Source of the DNA: a virus
Length of the DNA: 64,000 nt
Strand: one strand, 5' to 3'
Virus genome (UHGV): UHGV-1963645
The notes below the pieces were generated by a model. The model was not told the origin of the DNA, searched no databases, and saw only the letters and a program-made list of their open reading frames with translations. The translations under genes and the position numbers were made by a program. This document shows, piece by piece, positions 22,135-32,197 of this stretch; the first letter of the stretch is position 1, and each line of letters starts with the position of its first letter.

Positions 22135-22776
22135 TCAGAGATAATTACCTTTACCCGTCAATTCCCCTCGTGGTACTTGTTTTTGCGCCAGTGTTTGGGT
22201 TCCGCGAATTATGTTAATCAGAGGGCTTAGTAACGATGGTTCCTGGCGGGCCTCAACTTCTCCAGCCATTGCCCTGATGTAGTCGGCGCTGGCAACGTTG
22301 TTGTATTCCGTCGCAAAGCAACATAGTAACGTCAGAACATGCTCTGTCGTTATTTCACTCCAGTTGATGTTGAAAAATTCATCGCCTTTTTTATCGTGTT
22401 CGGAATCGAAGATGCTTTGGTGGAGGATGTATTTGCCGGATTCCTTGCGCGGTAACTTGATCGCTTTCTGGCGTTCCAGCTCCTTGTAAATCTGCATTGC
22501 TTCAATCAGTACCGGCCTGCCGTTCATGAAGGGATCGCGCAACCTTACACGCTGGCCAACTCGACCAGTAATAAAGCTGTTTTCCTCTTCCACCAGCACG
22601 ATAAAACCCTTTTCCTCTTTTTCTCGCAATTCGCGCAGCAGCTGGAGTTCCATGTCGCGGCGGCGTTCAGGGTAGCTGGTCCGCTCAGCCATTATCAGCT
22701 CGTTGTTGATCCATGCAGCAGTCATTGACGCCGGTTTGCCGACGCTCATTGAAACAACGCATATTTTCTTATCCAT
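22135..22776 (-). CDS. mat: Mat-like protein
   Basis: Start placed at ATG preceded by AGGGGG SD (213 aa); longer track ORF N-terminus looks non-coding; synteny. Confidence 0.5.
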   Translation of the reverse strand: MDKKICVVSMSVGKPASMTAAWINNELIMAERTSYPERRRDMELQLLRELREKEEKGFIVLVEEENSFITGRVGQRVRLRDPFMNGRPVLIEAMQIYKELERQKAIKLPRKESGKYILHQSIFDSEHDKKGDEFFNINWSEITTEHVLTLLCCFATEYNNVASADYIRAMAGEVEARQEPSLLSPLINIIRGTQTLAQKQVPRGELTGKGNYL

Positions 22777-22965
22777 AGCGCCCCCTACAAAAAAGAAAAG
22801 CCACCAGCGGCGGCTTAGCAATACAACTGAAGGTAGCGCCCGGTACTCAGACTGTGCCGTCCATGGAATATTTGAAAAGGGATCCATCCGTACCGGGCAT
22901 GTGATGATTCTGACTGAAGTCACTTGTCAGTTGTCAATTATTTCAGATTAAAAATAATATATTTA

Positions 22966-23526
22966 TTAGTGCATGATGTTTGCCATCTCATAGGCGTCAG
23001 CCAGCAACTCCATCTCTGACTTGTTCAGCAAGGTGAATTCTTTCTTGCCTCCAACCACACCATCGGCATGAACAGGGACCAGCCAGGGGTATTTTTCTCT
23101 TACTTCAGCCGGTGCTGCATGCTGGTGGTGCCATCTACAAAGGGGCAATTGCTTTTTGTGACAACCCGGCGCGGTACGACCGGAGATATGGTGCAGAGAT
23201 ACCTCTTCAGATATTACTCCATGCATGTAGCAGGCAATGCAGGGGAGAGCGCCAAGAGCATTGGCGATGCTCCGTTCCTCCGCTGTCGATGTTCGCCCCT
23301 TCAAGCCACGAGATTTTATCTTTACCGCACTTTTCCGCGTTTTGCTGGCTGGTGGGCGCTCTTTCTGTTTAGCGATACGGCGGTCGATAGAATCCCGCAT
23401 TTTCTGATATTGCGATTCTCGCCAGGCGGGGTCAGCCAACTTTTCCCGTTGCCGAGCGATCGCTCGTTCTCTGGCTGCCTTCTGCCACTCGCGGCGCTGT
23501 TCAAGTTTTTGTTCGATTGTTTTCAT
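22966..23526 (-). CDS. ref: Ref, HNH-family recombination enhancement endonuclease
   Basis: 186 aa starting MKTIEQKLEQRREWQ; HNH-like Cys/His cluster; matches P1 Ref. Confidence 0.85.
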   Translation of the reverse strand: MKTIEQKLEQRREWQKAARERAIARQREKLADPAWRESQYQKMRDSIDRRIAKQKERPPASKTRKSAVKIKSRGLKGRTSTAEERSIANALGALPCIACYMHGVISEEVSLHHISGRTAPGCHKKQLPLCRWHHQHAAPAEVREKYPWLVPVHADGVVGGKKEFTLLNKSEMELLADAYEMANIMH

Positions 23527-23624
23527 ATGGCAAAAAAAAGGCGGCCTAATGGCCGCCAATGATGTCAAGGAGTTAAGTAATGGCAACGTCTTCGTAGTTG
23601 ACAAAAACTTCGGCTTAATTATAG

Positions 23625-23641
23625 CAATCAATTAGAGCAAT
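23625..23641 (-). promoter_or_regulatory. C1 operator upstream of ref
   Basis: CAATCAATTAGAGCAAT, core ATTAGAGCAAT conserved. Confidence 0.5.
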
Positions 23642-23772
23642 GGTAGATATTTTGTTAATCGCGAATCACATTTTTTCACTTCAGTACCTGTGTGCTATAC
23701 TCCTTCTTGATTGATTGGATGCGGAATACAAACCCGCTCTTTTGTGCAGCCTGGCTCCTTGCCAGGCTTTTT

Positions 23773-24084
23773 TTATTTCATCATGGAAGCTGTTAACGCT
23801 TTGGATCTTGCTGAACTGATTGAAAGGGCATTGTTTACCTTACCCAGGAGTTCGCCAAATTCCGCCATCACTCTAGTAAGCCCGCGCCGCGCTTCCTCCT
23901 CCGTTGCATTCATCACAAAATGTTCAGCACTCCGCATACTTTTAACGGGGAACGCAACAGATATCGAGTCGATATCAGGCATCCTATCGCTCAACTTTAC
24001 GGTGACAATGACAGATGGTGACTGAATTTGAGAGCTTACAGACAGCACCACATATTTTCCGTCTATTTTGAAATCCTTCCGCAT
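23773..24084 (-). CDS. cra: Cra-like (cre-associated) protein
   Basis: 103 aa ORF between cre and ref; synteny. Confidence 0.5.
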   Translation of the reverse strand: MRKDFKIDGKYVVLSVSSQIQSPSVIVTVKLSDRMPDIDSISVAFPVKSMRSAEHFVMNATEEEARRGLTRVMAEFGELLGKVNNALSISSARSKALTASMMK

Positions 24085-24100
24085 GTGTCACCATAAATAT

Positions 24101-24117
24101 CAAATAATTAGAGCAAT
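24101..24117 (-). promoter_or_regulatory. C1 operator between cre and cra
   Basis: CAAATAATTAGAGCAAT. Confidence 0.5.
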
Positions 24118-24134
24118 CAAGAGTAAATAAACGG

Positions 24135-25166
24135 CTAGTCGCCATCTTCCAGCAGGCGCACCATTGCCCCCGTTTCACTATCCAGGTTACGAATGTAGTT
24201 CATGACAATATTTACGTTGGTCCAGCCACCAGCTTGCATGATCTCCGGTATTGAAACTCCGGCGCGGGCCATATCTCGCGCGGCACCGACACGGGCACTA
24301 TGTCCAGACCAGGCCAGGTATCGCTGACCAGAGTCATCTTTTGCCCCGTAAATCAATCGGTGAGTTGCTTCAAAAATCCCTTCCAGGGCGCGAGTTGATA
24401 GCTGGCTGGTGGATGATGGCGCGGCAACACCATTTTTTCTGACCCGGCAAAACAGGTAGTTATTAGGATCATCAGCTACACCAGAGACAGAAATCCATCG
24501 CTCGACCAGTTTAGTTACCCCCAGGCTAAGTGCCTTCTCTACACCTGCGGCGCTAACCAGCGTTTTCGTTCTGCCAATATGGATTAACATTCTCCCACCG
24601 TCAGTACGTGAGATATCTTTAACCCTGATCCTGGCAATTTCTGCTATACGTAGCAGGGTATTATAAGCAATCCCAAGAAATGCCAGATTACGTATATCCT
24701 GGCAGCGATCGCTATTTTCCATGAGTGAACGAACCTGGTCGAAATCAGTGCGTTCGAACGCCAATGCCTGTTTTGCACGCTCACCGGCATCAACGTTTTC
24801 TTTTCGGATCCGTCGCATGACCAGTGAAACAGCATTGCTGTCACTTGGTCGTGGCAGCCCGGACCGACGATGAAGCATATTTAGCTGGCCCAAATGTTGC
24901 TGGATAGTTTTTACTGCCAGACCGCGCGCCTGAAGATATAGAAGATAATCGCGAACATCTTCAGGTTCTGCGGGAAACCATTTCCGGTTATTCAACTTGC
25001 ACCATGCCGCCCACGACCGGCAAACGGACAGAAGCATTTTCCAGGTATGCTCAGAAAACGCCTGGCGATCCCTGAACATGTCCATCAGGTTCTTGCGAAC
25101 CTCATCACTCGTTGCATCGACCGGTAATGCAGGCAAATTTTGGTGTACGGTCAGTAAATTGGACAT
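24135..25166 (-). CDS. cre: Cre tyrosine site-specific recombinase
   Basis: 343 aa starting MSNLLTVHQNLPALPVDATSDEVRKNLMDMFRDRQAF; near-identical to P1 Cre; loxP 419 bp upstream. Confidence 0.97.
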   Translation of the reverse strand: MSNLLTVHQNLPALPVDATSDEVRKNLMDMFRDRQAFSEHTWKMLLSVCRSWAAWCKLNNRKWFPAEPEDVRDYLLYLQARGLAVKTIQQHLGQLNMLHRRSGLPRPSDSNAVSLVMRRIRKENVDAGERAKQALAFERTDFDQVRSLMENSDRCQDIRNLAFLGIAYNTLLRIAEIARIRVKDISRTDGGRMLIHIGRTKTLVSAAGVEKALSLGVTKLVERWISVSGVADDPNNYLFCRVRKNGVAAPSSTSQLSTRALEGIFEATHRLIYGAKDDSGQRYLAWSGHSARVGAARDMARAGVSIPEIMQAGGWTNVNIVMNYIRNLDSETGAMVRLLEDGD

Positions 25167-25173
25167 TTAACAC

Positions 25174-25395
25174 TCAGATAATGGTTTTAAGTAAAGTGTA
25201 CAGGATCGGCTCTGCCTTTACCTGTTTATGGTTCTCGTCATAGAAACGCCAGCGACCGCGCGTGCGTTCTATTTTCTCTTCACCGCGCGATAATGACAGT
25301 TGACAACTATCACGATCAAACCCTTTTGCCCGCCAGTAACCACGGTTTTTCTCAAGCTCAATATGAGTGGACACTTTAGCAGCTGAATATCCCAT
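25174..25395 (-). CDS. hypothetical small protein between loxP and cre
   Basis: 73 aa ORF with AGAGGTGA SD 7 nt before ATG, ends 8 bp before cre start; may instead be cre leader/promoter region. Confidence 0.35.
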   Translation of the reverse strand: MGYSAAKVSTHIELEKNRGYWRAKGFDRDSCQLSLSRGEEKIERTRGRWRFYDENHKQVKAEPILYTLLKTII

Positions 25396-25492
25396 TTTTC
25401 ACCTCTGATTGATTGGTGGTGCTAAGTGCGCTACGCGAAATCTGGAGCACTAACACTGCCAACATTTCGCAGATTTTACGTAGCGCAACCTT

Positions 25493-25512
25493 GATCAAAT
25501 GATCAAGTGATC
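25493..25512. promoter_or_regulatory. cluster of Dam GATC sites in cre upstream region
   Basis: three GATC within 20 bp (TTGATCAAATGATCAAGTGATCAC), a fourth at about 25562. Confidence 0.5.
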
Positions 25513-25584
25513 ACTATTTGACCTGATAAGGTATTGAACTGTATGGATTTACAGGTAAATTGATCATGTTCAATAACCCTTAAG

Positions 25585-25618
25585 ATAACTTCGTATAATG
25601 TATGCTATACGAAGTTAT
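25585..25618. other. loxP recombination site
   Basis: exact ATAACTTCGTATA-ATGTATGC-TATACGAAGTTAT. Confidence 0.97.
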
Positions 25619-25661
25619 TAGGTCTGAAGAGGAGTTTACGTCCAGCTGCGCATAAAAATCA

Positions 25662-25678
25662 AGAATTATTAGAGCAAT
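25662..25678 (-). promoter_or_regulatory. C1 operator (immC)
   Basis: AGAATTATTAGAGCAAT. Confidence 0.65.
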
Positions 25679-25738
25679 AAATTTTGAGAGAAAAATCCCA
25701 CTCCACCAGCCAAAAACTGGATTGTTTTTCATAGTTGT

Positions 25739-25766
25739 TTGACAATTGCTCTAATAAATTATAGTT
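25739..25766 (+). promoter_or_regulatory. candidate promoter of the coi-c1 operon overlapping a C1 operator
   Basis: TTGACA then operator ATTGCTCTAATAAATTA (25745-25761) then TATAGT-like -10. Confidence 0.55.
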
Positions 25767-25842
25767 TTGCCGCCGTTTCGTAATACGACTTTGGATTCAC
25801 TATTTAATGTGTCTTCAGCGTTGTAGAGCGGCTCAGAAGGAA

Positions 25843-25920
25843 ATGAGCAAACAGGGAAACCTTATACAACGGCATTACAGCTATGCATTGCTCATCTTAC
25901 ACACAGCGCAATGTTGTTAG
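25843..25920 (+). CDS. small ORF upstream of coi (possible imc-like peptide)
   Basis: 25-codon ORF with GAAGGAA SD; position matches where small imc genes are expected. Confidence 0.25.
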   Translation: MSKQGNLIQRHYSYALLILHTAQCC

Positions 25921-25999
25921 ATTACCCCAGCATGGATCATGGGTGAAACAGTAGGTCAGAGCTTCAGGCTCTGTGTTGTCAATACAGTGAGGCATAATT

Positions 26000-26209
26000 A
26001 TGGCTTTCATTCCACCAACCATCGACGACGTTAGACATTGCTCTAACGCTTTATCTGTAGACCCCGCCGAAACCGACGCTGCCCGCGCCATTGCTGAACA
26101 CTACTCAAAGATATCCAATCAGGAGTACCGCATCACCCAAGACGACCTGGATGATCTCACTGACACAATCGAATATCTCATGGCCACTAACCAGCCAGAC
26201 TCACAATAA
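26000..26209 (+). CDS. coi: Coi, C1 inactivator
   Basis: 69 aa ORF with GAGG SD directly upstream of c1. Confidence 0.8.
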   Translation: MAFIPPTIDDVRHCSNALSVDPAETDAARAIAEHYSKISNQEYRITQDDLDDLTDTIEYLMATNQPDSQ

Positions 26210-26319
26210 ATGCACTAATAAATCTATTATTTTCGTTGGATCCTTCTATAATGGTGGCCAACAACTCCCAGTGTAATCCGCTGTGAGTTGTTGGCCATGT
26301 CAATTCTGGAGGAGGATCA

Positions 26320-27171
26320 ATGATAAATTATGTCTACGGCGAACAACTGTACCAGGAGTTCGTCAGCTTCAGGGATCTCTTTCTAAAAAAAGCTGTTGCA
26401 CGCGCCCAACACGTTGATGCCGCCAGCGACGGTCGTCCTGTACGCCCGGTTGTCGTTCTGCCGTTCAAAGAAACTGACAGCATTCAGGCTGAAATTGATA
26501 AATGGACTTTAATGGCGCGGGAACTGGAACAGTACCCAGACCTCAATATCCCAAAGACTATTTTATATCCAGTGCCTAACATCCTTCGCGGTGTGCGTAA
26601 GGTTACGACTTATCAGACAGAAGCTGTGAACAGCGTCAACATGACTGCTGGCCGCATTATTCATCTGATTGATAAGGACATTCGCATCCAAAAAAGCGCG
26701 GGGATCAATGAGCACAGTGCGAAATACATAGAGAACCTGGAAGCAACAAAAGAGCTAATGAAGCAGTACCCGGAGGATGAAAAATTCCGTATGCGTGTAC
26801 ACGGCTTTAGCGAAACAATGCTGCGCGTCCACTACATTTCCAGTAGCCCTAACTACAATGATGGTAAATCAGTTAGTTACCATGTGCCACTGTGTGGCGT
26901 GTTTATCTGCGATGAAACTCTCCGTGATGGAATTATCATCAACGGTGAATTCGAAAAAGCAAAATTTAGCCTTTATGACTCCATAGAACCGATCATCTGC
27001 GACCGCTGGCCGCAAGCAAAAATATATCGCCTGGCAGATATTGAAAATGTAAAAAAACAAATTGCCATCACTCGCGAAGAGAAAAAGGTTAAGTCAGCCG
27101 CATCAGTTACGCGCAGCCGTAAAACCAAGAAGGGGCAGCCAGTAAACGACAACCCCGAAAGCGCGCAATAA
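26320..27171 (+). CDS. c1: C1 repressor of lysis
   Basis: 283 aa starting MINYVYGEQLYQEFVSF; matches P1 C1; its operator occurs many times in window. Confidence 0.95.
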   Translation: MINYVYGEQLYQEFVSFRDLFLKKAVARAQHVDAASDGRPVRPVVVLPFKETDSIQAEIDKWTLMARELEQYPDLNIPKTILYPVPNILRGVRKVTTYQTEAVNSVNMTAGRIIHLIDKDIRIQKSAGINEHSAKYIENLEATKELMKQYPEDEKFRMRVHGFSETMLRVHYISSSPNYNDGKSVSYHVPLCGVFICDETLRDGIIINGEFEKAKFSLYDSIEPIICDRWPQAKIYRLADIENVKKQIAITREEKKVKSAASVTRSRKTKKGQPVNDNPESAQ

Positions 27172-27203
27172 ATTATGCCCGGCATCAACCGGGCATTCTT
27201 CCA

Positions 27204-28316
27204 TTATTCAGCCGCCACCGGTTTTAACAAGCCAGCATCGAGCAGTTTACGCGTCAACCACTGCTGGCCTTTACCCGTTAATTGAGGCGTCAACCGTATC
27301 TGGTAGCCATCTTCATCATCCAGCACCACTTCTTTCACCGTGAAATACCCCGCGTTGATGTACTGCTGGAACGGCACATTTTTACGTCCACCGGACGCTA
27401 TCAGGATGCCGTTCTCCCGTAACCAGGCAAACAGCGCGTTTTGCTTAAGTCCAACAACCTTTGCAAAATTCCCAATCAGGATCCCTTTAGCTACTGATAC
27501 CCGGTCGGCAAAATCGACCTTAGGAGCGGCGGCTACCAGCTGCTGATTTAGCTGGTGGGCTTTCTGTTCCAGAAGCTGCTTTTGTTCAGCCAGTTCGGCA
27601 GCCAGGCGTAGGGCTTCTGGTAATGTTTGGGGGATTGCAACCGGTTGCTGTTCTTTTTGCCGGAAGTAGCTGTCTTCCAGTTTTTCAAAGAATGCCCATG
27701 CTTCATTTGTGTCCACGATCTTAGACATGCGTGCAGCGCCGCGCTCTGTCCAGAGTGTAAGGCTTCTGGCGTTCTTACCAACAGAGTAACTTCCGGTTAC
27801 TCTGTTCTTAAATTCTCTTAATTTTAAACCAGTTAGAAGAAAGTAATGCTTACCTTCTTCAAAGCGGTCAAGGTTGCGAGACAAATTGTTGCGAATATTG
27901 GCTTCATCGACCCCATACCCTCTAGCAAGAGTTTCGGTTGTCACGACACGTACTCCCTGCCATTCCAGAACGGGAATTTCATCCGGCTGATTCTGAACAA
28001 CCACCAGTTCCGATTCCTGAACTGAAGGTGCATAAATTTTTTCTGATTTAACGTTAGTTGCTTTCATTCTGTGTGCCTCCTTGCGTGCTTCGGCTGCGAC
28101 GGTTGCGTAATTCAGATGACCCTGTTCGAGCAGGTATTCACGGATATCGGTTAGCAGAATGCGGTGAACCGCGTGTTTGTCCTTTCTCCGGTAAAGTTGT
28201 TTGGTGATCATGAAGTAGTTGGCAATAACGCCCGGTATATCCCTGGTACTGATACAGGCAGTGTGCTGTTCAATTGCCTCGATCATCTCTTCACGGGTGA
28301 CTAATGACGTTCTCAT
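27204..28316 (-). CDS. antirepressor-like protein (ORF6N-like middle region, KilAC/ANT C-terminal domain)
   Basis: 370 aa; C-terminal region FADRVSVAKGILIGNFAKVVGLKQNALFAWLRENGIL...FQQYINAGYF typical of KilAC; convergent with c1. Confidence 0.7.
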   Translation of the reverse strand: MRTSLVTREEMIEAIEQHTACISTRDIPGVIANYFMITKQLYRRKDKHAVHRILLTDIREYLLEQGHLNYATVAAEARKEAHRMKATNVKSEKIYAPSVQESELVVVQNQPDEIPVLEWQGVRVVTTETLARGYGVDEANIRNNLSRNLDRFEEGKHYFLLTGLKLREFKNRVTGSYSVGKNARSLTLWTERGAARMSKIVDTNEAWAFFEKLEDSYFRQKEQQPVAIPQTLPEALRLAAELAEQKQLLEQKAHQLNQQLVAAAPKVDFADRVSVAKGILIGNFAKVVGLKQNALFAWLRENGILIASGGRKNVPFQQYINAGYFTVKEVVLDDEDGYQIRLTPQLTGKGQQWLTRKLLDAGLLKPVAAE

Positions 28317-28534
28317 AGTCCCTCCTGAGCAGAAGCGTTAACAGGGAGGCACCAGTAACTGAGAGAATTGCGCGAATCGATAGAAAAGCGGGCAGAGAAA
28401 ATACAGGGAGCATCCGGAAGCTGAGAACGTGCCTCATCTTCTGTCGGTGCAATAACGAAGTGATAGTGACGTTTTTGGCAGGAGTAAAAGCGCCAGATAA
28501 ATTCAGAATGAGCAGGGGTAGGGATAGTAGCCAC
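28313..28534 (-). CDS. hypothetical small protein coupled to the antirepressor-like gene
   Basis: 73 aa, GTG start with AAGGAGG SD 8 nt upstream; stop overlaps downstream ATG (ATGA). Confidence 0.45.
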   Translation of the reverse strand: MATIPTPAHSEFIWRFYSCQKRHYHFVIAPTEDEARSQLPDAPCIFSARFSIDSRNSLSYWCLPVNASAQEGL

Positions 28535-28873
28535 AATGGCAGCCTCCTTTTGCTAATTTAAGGAGCTACCGCGTGAGGTCTCAATCTCAATGGCGGTAGC
28601 ACTGACTGGGTTGAGACTACCGGCGCAAAAGGGAACCGGCCTGCCTTTCGGCAGCCCAGCCAGCACTACCATTGATCTCTGAGCTAAACGCTACGTATGG
28701 CTGTGCGATGGCATGACACAAAAAAAGACGCTTTTGGCGTCTGTGTCGCCTTTTGCATTATCCGGGGTCTCAATCCCGGCACCCGTTTTAATGAGGTGCC
28801 TGATAAGCATAAACCGAAAATGCCTCAAGGCGCAAGAGGTCAGGTTCAATGTAACATCGGTAGTTAAAAAACA

Positions 28874-28890
28874 CAATTTATTAGAGCAAA
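28874..28890 (-). promoter_or_regulatory. C1 operator upstream of the small-gene/antirepressor-like pair
   Basis: CAATTTATTAGAGCAAA just downstream of pacB stop. Confidence 0.6.
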
Positions 28891-28893
28891 TAT

Positions 28894-30378
28894 TCATTCG
28901 TTAAGCCATGCCAGAGCTTCATCAACCTGCGCTTCGTCTTCGACGCTAAGCACTTCATCCTGGGGAACATAATCCGCCAGCATAGCGAAACAATATGTAT
29001 CCCAATGGTCTGGTGAGTGCAGGTTGAGTTTTTTCTTCATATCCTCCTTACTCATCACCTTCCATTGACCTGCGGAGTTAATCCCTACAGGGATTTTCGA
29101 CGCTTCCTCAATAGTTTCATTACCCTTATCCAGTCTCATACGACCAGATTTTACGGCCTCTGCGGCTTGAACGTTGGCATAAGCACGTTTATCAAAGTAC
29201 AGGCTCTTATCTTCACGGCTATGCATCTTTTTACCCCAGCGTATACGCTGTACGGTAATACCATAATACTCGTACATCAGATCCGCCGTTGCTTTACCCA
29301 GGCCATCGCCGTCTATCGCTATGGTGATATTTGGGAATCGCTCAGGATTACATTCTGCGAAAATTTTGGCGGCAAGCTGCGTTTCTGTAACGTCTGTGTA
29401 TTCCAGCATTCGATAGTTGATTACACGGCGTTTATTTCGCTGGCCGGACACCATCATGATATTGATAACGGACTTATCCCGTCCCGTACCACCAGCAACG
29501 TCCACACATGCAAGCCAGCCCCATCCTTTTGCAATCTTGACTTTCCGCCGCGTTGCACGTTCAACCTCATCACGTCCAAGAAGGAAGCCATCCTGTGATT
29601 TAGGGAATAGGCCGCGTACCTTAATCATGTACATAGGGTTATCACGCCCGCCGTACTCCGCCAGCTTCATTTTGATAAATGCTGGCGTTACCAACGGTGA
29701 TTCCTCACTGTTAAGCGTGATCGCCGTATAAACGCCATCAGGGTTACCAGGACGCTTGGCCAGTTTATGGTGTGTATCGTAGAAATAGCCGCTTGGGCGT
29801 GTAGGCTGTGACAGCAATAAGATGCGGTTATCCTGTCCGGTAAGAGCACCGGTGATGATACCGAAAGCTCTATCACTGACACCGGAGGCTTCATCGATAA
29901 TATACAGAAGATGATCTGCGTGTTCACCGGCGAGAGCTTCTTCACTTCCCAGACGAAAGCCCTTCGGTACTACAGTCCATACACCTTTACCAGTAATCTC
30001 ATAGAAAGCGGTTTCTGTCAGAACAAAATAATCAGCAAGCCATGGGAAACGGCTGGGGGCAGTAGCCCAGTTTATCTTGATGTACTTGAATATACCGGTC
30101 ATTACCTGCTGAATTTTGTTCGCAACGATAATGGCACGGGCACCTGGATACATGATTATGAACAACATGATCATGATAGAAGTCATGTCTGATTTCCCGG
30201 TACCGTGACCAGACGAAACAGATGTCTTGCTACCCTGTTCCTGCACAGACTCAATAATCAGATCCTGCTGCCAGGTAGGTGTTTTGCCGAACAAAACATC
30301 AGCGGCAGCAATCCAGTCATAACGATATAGCGCCACCAGCTCGCGCCAACGTGGATCCGTTACGCAACTTCTGGCCAT
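28894..30378 (-). CDS. pacB: PacB, terminase large subunit
   Basis: 494 aa; Walker A GHGTGKS, Walker B IIDEA; matches P1 PacB length and N-terminus [11 protein letters not shown]. Confidence 0.95.
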   Translation of the reverse strand: MARSCVTDPRWRELVALYRYDWIAAADVLFGKTPTWQQDLIIESVQEQGSKTSVSSGHGTGKSDMTSIMIMLFIIMYPGARAIIVANKIQQVMTGIFKYIKINWATAPSRFPWLADYFVLTETAFYEITGKGVWTVVPKGFRLGSEEALAGEHADHLLYIIDEASGVSDRAFGIITGALTGQDNRILLLSQPTRPSGYFYDTHHKLAKRPGNPDGVYTAITLNSEESPLVTPAFIKMKLAEYGGRDNPMYMIKVRGLFPKSQDGFLLGRDEVERATRRKVKIAKGWGWLACVDVAGGTGRDKSVINIMMVSGQRNKRRVINYRMLEYTDVTETQLAAKIFAECNPERFPNITIAIDGDGLGKATADLMYEYYGITVQRIRWGKKMHSREDKSLYFDKRAYANVQAAEAVKSGRMRLDKGNETIEEASKIPVGINSAGQWKVMSKEDMKKKLNLHSPDHWDTYCFAMLADYVPQDEVLSVEDEAQVDEALAWLNE

Positions 30379-31571
30379 TAATCATCATCCCCGTATAGCT
30401 TGCGGGTAACTTCTTCGTCTTCCTCCTCGTCTTCGTCCAGGTCTTGTTCCAGCCATGGGTCGTTTGATACACCTTCAGTATCAACATCTCCATAACCGCC
30501 TGTATCAACGATATCGGCGATTTCTTCCCTACGCTGCTCAATCCACAATGCGGCATCGGCGCGGCGGTTGGCGGCCCGTTCTCGCGCAACTTTGTCCAGA
30601 TCTTCAAGAGAAGGGCCACCGACGGCTGTTTGCCTTTCCTCATCATCGGTATTGGTCTTAGGAGCACGCAGATCGGCTTTGATTTGCTCCAGCATCAGGG
30701 GCGGCACTTTTCCGCCATGCGCCTCGATGAATTCAGCTGCTTCCAGCACTGACCAGTTATTTTCACGCTTTCGTTCGTATGCCAGCTTAACAATGCCAGC
30801 TTGCCCCATAGATAAAGCGTGCTTTTCCGCCTCCCGGCTTTCTTTTCGATAGTTATTCCGGATGCTGTAAATGGTGTTGATCAGGCTGCTTATCTGCGCG
30901 GAACAGCTGTTTAGCATGCTCGCGATACGATATTCAGGCGGAGTCCCTTCATCATCGTCTTTTTGCTGATCGCGCATTTCCTGCACCAGACGAATACACG
31001 TATCCCTGGCATTCTCCAGCATAAGGAGATGAGAAAGAGACTTTTCCAGAAGAGTGGTTTCCAGAACATCGGCCCCGGACCGACGCAACATAGCGCGCGC
31101 AGCCTTCCGCGCTTCAACGTTATCTATCAGGTAATCGCCAGCTTCGAATTCAAAGCGTTCACCATCATCATCCAGGGTGTCGCGTTCCAGGCGATCACGT
31201 AAGGTCCGGTGGGCGCGGGTGATCACGTCATGATCATCAGAACGATCATTTATGCGCTTATTTTGGCGCTTCGCATTCTCGACTGCGGCACTGACAACGG
31301 CATTAACCCTTTGTTTTTCCGCTATTTCAGCCGCAATGTGATCACCTGCATGTTGATCATTAGAGTGATCAATGATCATGCTTTTTAGTGGCTTCCTGAC
31401 TGGCTTATTTGGCTTGCGGCTGTCCGCTGTCCTGGTGTCTTCTTTGAAGGCACGGAGATAACGACGTGCAGTATTAGGGTTAAGATTAAACTCGGCGGCA
31501 TACTGTGCGATGGTGTAACCACCATCTCGCGCCAGGCGAGCAAAATTCTTCTTGTGATCGTCCCAGGTCAC
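30378..31571 (-). CDS. pacA: PacA, terminase small/pac-recognition subunit
   Basis: 397 aa starting [20 protein letters not shown]; acidic C-terminus; contains pac site. Confidence 0.95.
   Translation of the reverse strand: MTWDDHKKNFARLARDGGYTIAQYAAEFNLNPNTARRYLRAFKEDTRTADSRKPNKPVRKPLKSMIIDHSNDQHAGDHIAAEIAEKQRVNAVVSAAVENAKRQNKRINDRSDDHDVITRAHRTLRDRLERDTLDDDGERFEFEAGDYLIDNVEARKAARAMLRRSGADVLETTLLEKSLSHLLMLENARDTCIRLVQEMRDQQKDDDEGTPPEYRIASMLNSCSAQISSLINTIYSIRNNYRKESREAEKHALSMGQAGIVKLAYERKRENNWSVLEAAEFIEAHGGKVPPLMLEQIKADLRAPKTNTDDEERQTAVGGPSLEDLDKVARERAANRRADAALWIEQRREEIADIVDTGGYGDVDTEGVSNDPWLEQDLDEDEEEDEEVTRKLYGDDD
31215..31385. other. pac packaging site inside pacA
   Basis: two clusters of TGATCA-type Dam hexamers, 3 at 31221-31247 and 4 at 31340-31377, about 100 bp apart. 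Confidence 0.75.
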
Positions 31572-31656
31572 TTATGCTTCCTTTCGTAAAAACTCTTTTT
31601 GACGCGAGGGTAACGAAAGTCACATGTCAAAAGGCCCGGAACGGGCAAGCAATCAA

Positions 31657-32109
31657 TCAGATACGTGCGGATGTGGCATTACCGTAATGACGGTGCTGAC
31701 GGGCCACCTTATTGAAAAGTTGACGCGCCATTACCCAAGGCTGGTGCTCCCGGCGTTCCTTTTCGTCCTGCGTCATATAGAGTTCGTTCTGGAGTTTTTC
31801 ATCAAACCGGCGCGGAGCGCGGCTACGGCGAAAGAATTCAGGATTCAGAGAGTGGATCTGAAATCTACGTGGGCGTGTACTGTCATCAATCAAAACAGAC
31901 GAATACTTAGACACAGCGATAGCCTTTAAGCGCAGATAAACATCGCGCTTATCGACATCCAGATGCGGGTATTCCTTTTCAAGAATTGCTGCGAGTTCTT
32001 TCGCTGATAGAAGAGATTTAGTGCGGATCATGTAATCCGCAATCTCGTACGATGTTATTCGTGAGTGATTTATTTCCATGAAGTGGCGTCCCTGCCAGTT
32101 AAGTAACAT
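31657..32109 (-). CDS. lpa: Lpa, late promoter activator
   Basis: 150 aa, position upstream of pacA, C1 operator just upstream. Confidence 0.85.
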   Translation of the reverse strand: MLLNWQGRHFMEINHSRITSYEIADYMIRTKSLLSAKELAAILEKEYPHLDVDKRDVYLRLKAIAVSKYSSVLIDDSTRPRRFQIHSLNPEFFRRSRAPRRFDEKLQNELYMTQDEKERREHQPWVMARQLFNKVARQHRHYGNATSARI

Positions 32110-32179
32110 CCTGTCACCTACTGATTAGCCCATGTCAACTAATCAACGTGGAATATAATACCCTCGATTAAAGAAATAG

Positions 32180-32196
32180 CAATACATTAGAGCAAT
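32180..32196 (-). promoter_or_regulatory. C1 operator upstream of lpa
   Basis: CAATACATTAGAGCAAT. Confidence 0.5.
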
Positions 32197-32197
32197 T

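Noticed and set aside
22777-22923. N-terminal 49-aa extension of the mat-like ORF
   Set aside because: Extension is hydrophobic low-complexity sequence, and the internal ATG has a strong AGGGGG SD
22961-22977. Possible C1 operator between mat and ref (ATATTTATTAGTGCATG)
   Set aside because: Four mismatches including positions in the conserved core; too weak to call
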